From the NCBI GenBank assembly GCA_963662655.2, contig CAXXTU010000002.1:1184001-1248000 (forward strand): a DNA stretch of 64,000 bases, in the 5' to 3' direction. Source of the DNA: Candidatus Cloacimonadales bacterium (GTDB lineage: Bacteria; Cloacimonadota; Cloacimonadia; Cloacimonadales; JAIOQZ01). A program made the translations under genes and the position numbers. The notes beneath the pieces are model-generated. The model did not search any database. It was not told the origin of the DNA and saw only the letters and a list, made by a program, of their open reading frames with translations. Below, one piece after another: positions 58,872 through 64,000 of this stretch. How positions within the stretch are numbered: the stretch's first letter is position 1; the number at the start of each line of letters is the position of its first letter.

Positions 58872-60715
58872 GACTCGATGCGCTTGAACCTTTTTTCCAG
58901 CTCCGTCAGGCTCATCTTGATGATCAATGGCCTGCCGTGCGGGCAAAAGTACGGAACTTCGCAGGAGAACAGATCGCCGATCAGCGCTACCATCTCCTTG
59001 CGGCCCATCTTGCGGTTTGCCTTGATGGCGGCCTTGCACGCCACCGACTTCGCCAGGCTGTCCCGAAAATCTTCCGTCTCCGAAAACTCGTCACGCAACT
59101 GACGGAGGATATCGATGAAGACATCTCCCCCGTCCCAGTCTTCCAACTCGGACGGAATCTCGTCGATGACGATGGAATTACCACTGAAACTCTTGATCGT
59201 GAATCCGACGCGGTTGATGGTTTCCATGTTCTGCTCGACCAGATCACGCACGACATCCTGCAAGTGATGAGGAATCTCCACGACCAGCGGAAACAGGAGT
59301 TTCTGGGTCGGCGCAGGCATTCCGTGGATGCGGTGCAGCAGTTTTTCGTATAAAATCCGCTCGTGCGCAGCGTGCTGGTCGATCATCATGAGCCCCTCTT
59401 CCACCTGCACCAGGACGTACGTCTGGTGAAGCTGCCAGGGATTGATCATCTCTTCTTCCGCACGCAGCTTGATCCGCTCGGTCACTTGCGGTATCTCCTC
59501 GATCCGGTTCGGCTCGAGTTCCGCCTGCTTCTCCACCGGCACGAAGATGTCCGGCTGATACAGCTTGCCGAACTCGTCCTTGACCTCGTGAAAACGCGGT
59601 GTCTCGGTGCGCTGGCGGTAGATTTTCACATCGACCGGCGAGATGTTCTTCTTCTCCTTGCCTTTTTCGATGCGGTCCCTCACGGCCTGAAAACGGTCAT
59701 CCTCGTACTTCATCAGGCGTTTGCCGATGGCGTTTTTGACAAAGGAGTGAACGCTTCCGGCATCGCGGAAACGGATTTCCAGCTTGGCGGGATGGACATT
59801 GAAGTCGATCAGCTTGGGATCCATCTCGATAAACAGGATGTATGGCGGTACGCTGCTGCCCTGGAACAGGCGAAGCTTCTGCATGTAAGGCTCGTAAGCC
59901 GCCTTGAGGCTATGCAGGATGATTTTGTCGCGGATGAAGCGGCCGTTGACGAACAGGTAACGATAGTCGTGCAATCCTTCCGAAATCTCCGCCAGACCCT
60001 TGATATAGCCTTCGATCCGCATTTCGCCGCCGTCTGCCTCGACCTTGACCATATCCAGCTTGGAGAAGTCGCTGCCAAACACCGCGAGAAGCCGTTTCTC
60101 CCGGGTTTCGACGGCGGGAAAATTAAGCTTCGTTCGTCCGTTGGCGTTCAGCTTGAAGTGCACCTGTGGGAAGAGGATTGCCTGGTAATGTATATAATTG
60201 TAGATGTGGCGGTATTCCACATCGTCCGATTTCAAGAACTTCTTGCGAGCGGGAATATTGGCGAATAGCTTCCGCACCGAGATCGTGGTCCCCTGATTGG
60301 CCGCCGCGCGATCGACGTTTCGTAAAACGCCCGAGTCGAGCTCGATTTTCGTGGCAAGCTCGCTTTCGCTATCTCGGGTTATCATGGTCATGCGGCTGAT
60401 GGAAGCGATGCTCGGCATGGCCTCTCCGCGGAAACCCAGCGTAGATATCTCGAAGATATCCGAAACCGTGCGTATCTTCGAAGTAGCGTGCCTTTCGAGC
60501 GCAGTCAGCGCGTCGTCCTCGCTCATACCGCAGCCGTCGTCGACAACCTCGATCAGCGACTTCCCGCCGCGCTCGACGTTTACAGTTATCGAGGTCGCGC
60601 CGCTATCCAGGGAATTCTCCACCAGCTCTTTCACAACGGACGCGGGACGTTCGATGACTTCTCCAGCGGCAATCCGATTGGCGACTTCTTCGGCTAACAC
60701 TTTGACTTTACGCAT
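58868..60715 (-). CDS. mutL: DNA mismatch repair endonuclease MutL
   Basis: IAAGEVIERPASVVKELVENS, GFRGEA, DQHAAHER, ACKAA, CPHGRP. Confidence 0.97.
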   Translation of the reverse strand: MRKVKVLAEEVANRIAAGEVIERPASVVKELVENSLDSGATSITVNVERGGKSLIEVVDDGCGMSEDDALTALERHATSKIRTVSDIFEISTLGFRGEAMPSIASISRMTMITRDSESELATKIELDSGVLRNVDRAAANQGTTISVRKLFANIPARKKFLKSDDVEYRHIYNYIHYQAILFPQVHFKLNANGRTKLNFPAVETREKRLLAVFGSDFSKLDMVKVEADGGEMRIEGYIKGLAEISEGLHDYRYLFVNGRFIRDKIILHSLKAAYEPYMQKLRLFQGSSVPPYILFIEMDPKLIDFNVHPAKLEIRFRDAGSVHSFVKNAIGKRLMKYEDDRFQAVRDRIEKGKEKKNISPVDVKIYRQRTETPRFHEVKDEFGKLYQPDIFVPVEKQAELEPNRIEEIPQVTERIKLRAEEEMINPWQLHQTYVLVQVEEGLMMIDQHAAHERILYEKLLHRIHGMPAPTQKLLFPLVVEIPHHLQDVVRDLVEQNMETINRVGFTIKSFSGNSIVIDEIPSELEDWDGGDVFIDILRQLRDEFSETEDFRDSLAKSVACKAAIKANRKMGRKEMVALIGDLFSCEVPYFCPHGRPLIIKMSLTELEKRFKRIES

Positions 60716-60984
60716 GATAACTTCCTTCTCTCAATTCAAAACCAGTTATCACGCCGCAACGTTTTTTGTAAATGAAATCTTGAAGCTCTCCGTAATTCCA
60801 CCGACGAAAGCTTCCTGCAACGCATCACCAAGTGCACAGGTAGTATCGAGGAATATCCAGCAATCTGTATATAAACGGAGATTGACAAGCCTCTGCGGAC
60901 AAAAAATGTATTGAATTTTGGAGAACATAGATTATCTTAATGTATGAGATTCAGTTTGCGCTGAGGAATAAGAAGGAGATATAC

Positions 60985-63726
60985 ATGGCCAAAAGCGTCA
61001 GAAAGTATATCAGCTTGAATGTCAAGATCGCACTCCTTTTCTCTATCATGCTTTTGTTCTTTATTGTATTCAATGCAATATCTTACTTCGTGCTCAAGAC
61101 AAACATCGACAAAGGCGTTGAGAAGGAGTTGAAGAACGCGACTGACAATACCTTGAAGCTTGCGGAGCACGCCGTAAACGCAACAATCAGAAATTACCTC
61201 CGGGCCATTGCGGAAAAAAATCGGGATATCGTGCGCGATTTCGACAACAGGATGAGAAGCGGCGAGCTCTCCAAAGAAAAGGGGATGAAGGAATTGCGCG
61301 ATGTCTTACTCTCTCAGAAGATTGGCGATACAGGCTACATCTTTGTCTGGGACATCTCAGAAGCTCCGGAGAGACTACCTCTCGTTATCCACCCAATTAT
61401 TGAAAACAGCGACCTCAGTCCCTACCCCTTTGCGCAGGACGCCGCCATCCTCAAGGACGGATATCTGGAGTACGACTGGAAGAATCCCGACGATCCACTC
61501 CCGAGGAAAAAAGCGGTTTACCTTTCTTACTACGAACCCTGGAACTGGGTGATTGTCGCTTCGTCTTACCGGGAAGAATTCCACAAGCTGATCAACATCG
61601 ACGATTTCAACGAGATCATTTCCTCCCAGCGCTTTGGAGATACCGGCTACACGATCATCATCGATTACGACGGCAATATCATTTATCATCCCTACATGAA
61701 GGGAAATCAAATTGTCTTTACCGATGATAACGGACTTCCTATCGTTAAAAAATTCGTTGAACAGAAGCAGGGATTTCTCGAGTACGTTATCAGGGATCCC
61801 AACAGTAACGAACGCCAAAAGAAAATGGCATACTTCAACGACTACCCTGAGCTTCGATGGGTCGTGATTTCGTCGGGCTATCGCTCGGAATTCAATTCTC
61901 CCCTCAAGCTTCTGCTATTTACACTGCTGCTGTCAATCTTCTCGTCGCTGATCATTTTCACGGCGTTCTTCATATGGTCCCGCAGGACAATCATCGAACC
62001 TGTACGTGAACTGGAAGACGCTTTCGAGAAAGGCTCGAACGGAGACCTCGCAGTGCGCATCCCCGTGAAGCTCAGCAACGAGATTTACCTACTTGCCGAA
62101 TATTTCAACCACTTCATGCAGTCCCTTCAGGTGAAGCATGAAGAGATCGAAGAGGAGAGCCGCAAGCTGAGGATCGCAGAGGCAATGCACAAATCGGCAA
62201 GCGAGTATCTGGACAACATCGTCAACTCGCTCGATACGCCACTGATCACGGTTCGCTCCGACGGTTCGATCGCGCAATGGAACCATCCCGCCTATCTTTT
62301 CACGCAGATACCTGCCGACGAGGCGCAGGACAAGAACTACCTGGAATGCCTTCCCTTCCTCAAGAACAGCATCAAACACTTCGAGCAAGCGCTTAAAACA
62401 GACACACGTCGTGAAATAACTTTCCAGACCATCTACAAAGAGAAGGAGAAATTCCTTCAGGTTATCTATAATCCACTTCTGTTCAACGGAGTGCGAGGCA
62501 TCGTCATTCGCATCAACGACATCACGGAGACCAAGATCAAAGACATCCAGCTCCGGCAAGCTCAGAAAATGGAAATTATCGGCAATCTCGCCGGCGGTCT
62601 GGCACACGATTTCAACAACATCCTCGGCGGCATCACCGGTACGGTCTCCCTGATCGATTACGTTATGAAGAACGGCCAACTCGACGAAGAAAAACTGAAG
62701 ATTTATATCGAAATCATCAGCCAGTCGGCCATCAGAGCCAAGGAAGTGGTGGAGCAGCTCCTGACGATATCGAGGAAGCGGGAAGTCGACTTCAAGACGA
62801 TCAATATCCGCAAGTCGATCGACAATGTCCTGCAAGTCTGCCGATCGACGTTCGATAAATCGATCAACATCGAAGTCGATCTTCCCAGAGATAAGTATCT
62901 GTGTAGGGCCGAATCGACGCAGATCGAGCAAGCGCTGCTCAACCTCTTCGTGAATGCTTCTCACGCCATGACGATCATGAGAAAATCTACAGAGCATCAT
63001 GGAGGGACACTTTCGATCGGGATTTCCGAGATTTACAGCGATTCCTACTTTGTCGAAACCCACCCGGAAGCGCAGCAGATCAAGTACTGGCGCATCTCTG
63101 TCAGCGACACCGGTGTAGGGATGGACTCGAGAACCGTTTCCAAGATTTTCGAGCCGTTCTTCTCCTTGAAGAGTCATATCAAGGGTTCCGGCTTGGGACT
63201 CTCGATGGTGTACAATATTATCCGCCAGCACGAGGGCTTCATCGACGTTTACTCCGAAATCGGTGTTGGAACCGTGTTCAACCTGTTCTTGCCGGCTGTC
63301 TTTGAAGGTGAAACCCGGGAAGAGGCCACAGAGACGATCAGAGAGGCGATTATCAAAGGATCCGGTCTGATCCTGGTTGTGGACGATAACGATATCATCC
63401 GCAAGACCGCCCACGACATCCTGATCGCTTGTGGCTACGATGTCATCTTCGCCGAGGATGGAGCGATTGGCGTTGAAGTGTATCGAGCGCGCCAGGAGGA
63501 AATCACCGCGGTCATCATGGACATGGTGATGCCGAACAAGTCGGGGCGAGAAGCGTTTATCGAGATCAAGGAGATCAATCCTGATGTAAAAGTAGCGATT
63601 GCTTCGGGTTACCGCATGGATTTGCGTGTCCAGGAGGTGCTGGATGCAGGGGCAAAGCTGTTTATCCAGAAGCCGTTCACGCTCAGTGAGCTATCCGAAG
63701 CTGTGCACAAGCTGATTACCGAATGA
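60985..63726 (+). CDS. hybrid sensor histidine kinase (Cache-HAMP-PAS-HisKA-HATPase-REC)
   Basis: Two TM segments flanking Cache repeats, AHDFNNIL, NLFVNA, DTGVG, GSGLGL, receiver VVDD..DMVMP..KP; AAGGAG RBS. Confidence 0.92.
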   Translation: MAKSVRKYISLNVKIALLFSIMLLFFIVFNAISYFVLKTNIDKGVEKELKNATDNTLKLAEHAVNATIRNYLRAIAEKNRDIVRDFDNRMRSGELSKEKGMKELRDVLLSQKIGDTGYIFVWDISEAPERLPLVIHPIIENSDLSPYPFAQDAAILKDGYLEYDWKNPDDPLPRKKAVYLSYYEPWNWVIVASSYREEFHKLINIDDFNEIISSQRFGDTGYTIIIDYDGNIIYHPYMKGNQIVFTDDNGLPIVKKFVEQKQGFLEYVIRDPNSNERQKKMAYFNDYPELRWVVISSGYRSEFNSPLKLLLFTLLLSIFSSLIIFTAFFIWSRRTIIEPVRELEDAFEKGSNGDLAVRIPVKLSNEIYLLAEYFNHFMQSLQVKHEEIEEESRKLRIAEAMHKSASEYLDNIVNSLDTPLITVRSDGSIAQWNHPAYLFTQIPADEAQDKNYLECLPFLKNSIKHFEQALKTDTRREITFQTIYKEKEKFLQVIYNPLLFNGVRGIVIRINDITETKIKDIQLRQAQKMEIIGNLAGGLAHDFNNILGGITGTVSLIDYVMKNGQLDEEKLKIYIEIISQSAIRAKEVVEQLLTISRKREVDFKTINIRKSIDNVLQVCRSTFDKSINIEVDLPRDKYLCRAESTQIEQALLNLFVNASHAMTIMRKSTEHHGGTLSIGISEIYSDSYFVETHPEAQQIKYWRISVSDTGVGMDSRTVSKIFEPFFSLKSHIKGSGLGLSMVYNIIRQHEGFIDVYSEIGVGTVFNLFLPAVFEGETREEATETIREAIIKGSGLILVVDDNDIIRKTAHDILIACGYDVIFAEDGAIGVEVYRARQEEITAVIMDMVMPNKSGREAFIEIKEINPDVKVAIASGYRMDLRVQEVLDAGAKLFIQKPFTLSELSEAVHKLITE

Positions 63727-63845
63727 TTTTTAACGATCCTGCCCTGGCGTTATCAAGCGCTAATGTGCTCGCTGGCTCTTTTTTTTCTTGCCATATCAAA
63801 TCATCGTCATTTTCTTACTTATAGAAATACCTGTTAGGGGGAAGA

Positions 63846-64000
63846 ATGTTGAAACGTGTATTAGTTGTTACGGGCGGAGGGGATTGCCCGGGACTTAATG
63901 CTGTGATTCGCGGTATCGTCAAGCGAGCGAGCATGGAAGACGGATGGGAAATCCTCGGTAGTATAGAAGCTTACAATGGCGTTCTGAGGGAGCCCATGGA
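63846..64000 (+). CDS. pfkA: 6-phosphofructokinase, 5' part (runs off the window)
   Basis: [28 protein letters not shown]... Confidence 0.85.
   Translation, partial: MLKRVLVVTGGGDCPGLNAVIRGIVKRASMEDGWEILGSIEAYNGVLREPM

Noticed and set aside
1..64000. rRNA, tRNA, transposase, prophage or defence genes
   Set aside because: None recognised in the ORF track or in the intergenic regions

Overview
A 64 kb bacterial chromosomal segment. It probably comes from an anaerobic Gram-negative FCB-group organism; three secreted proteins ending in an 'NYPNPFNPxTxIxF...' FlgD-Ig/T9SS-type tail suggest Cloacimonadota, which is an inference. In order, it contains: (1) two convergent glycosyltransferases; (2) an operon where a tungsten/molybdenum aldehyde:ferredoxin oxidoreductase (AOR) is split in two, each half fused to a subunit of a HydCBA/NuoEFG-like electron-bifurcating module, followed by ThiF/MoeB, ThiS/MoaD and an ALDH7-type dehydrogenase; (3) a nonsense-interrupted methyltransferase; (4) a ~24 kb divergent beta-1,3-glucan (laminarin) utilization locus with no SusC/SusD. 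This locus has two GH16s (one frameshifted), a GH2-like/beta-barrel fusion, a lipoprotein, a GntR-LacI regulator with a TGCTATATAGCA operator, an MFS transporter with a CBM-like insert, GH30, GH17, two repeat-rich glycan-binding proteins and a GH161-like phosphorylase; (5) housekeeping genes including arcC, pdxJ, miaA, mutL, a degenerate glgA-like gene, a hybrid histidine kinase and a partial pfkA. Non-coding highlights are a four-copy dispersed hairpin family with clear covariation, always just beyond intrinsic terminators, and a separate four-way-junction palindromic element. No rRNA, tRNA, CRISPR array or transposase was recognised.
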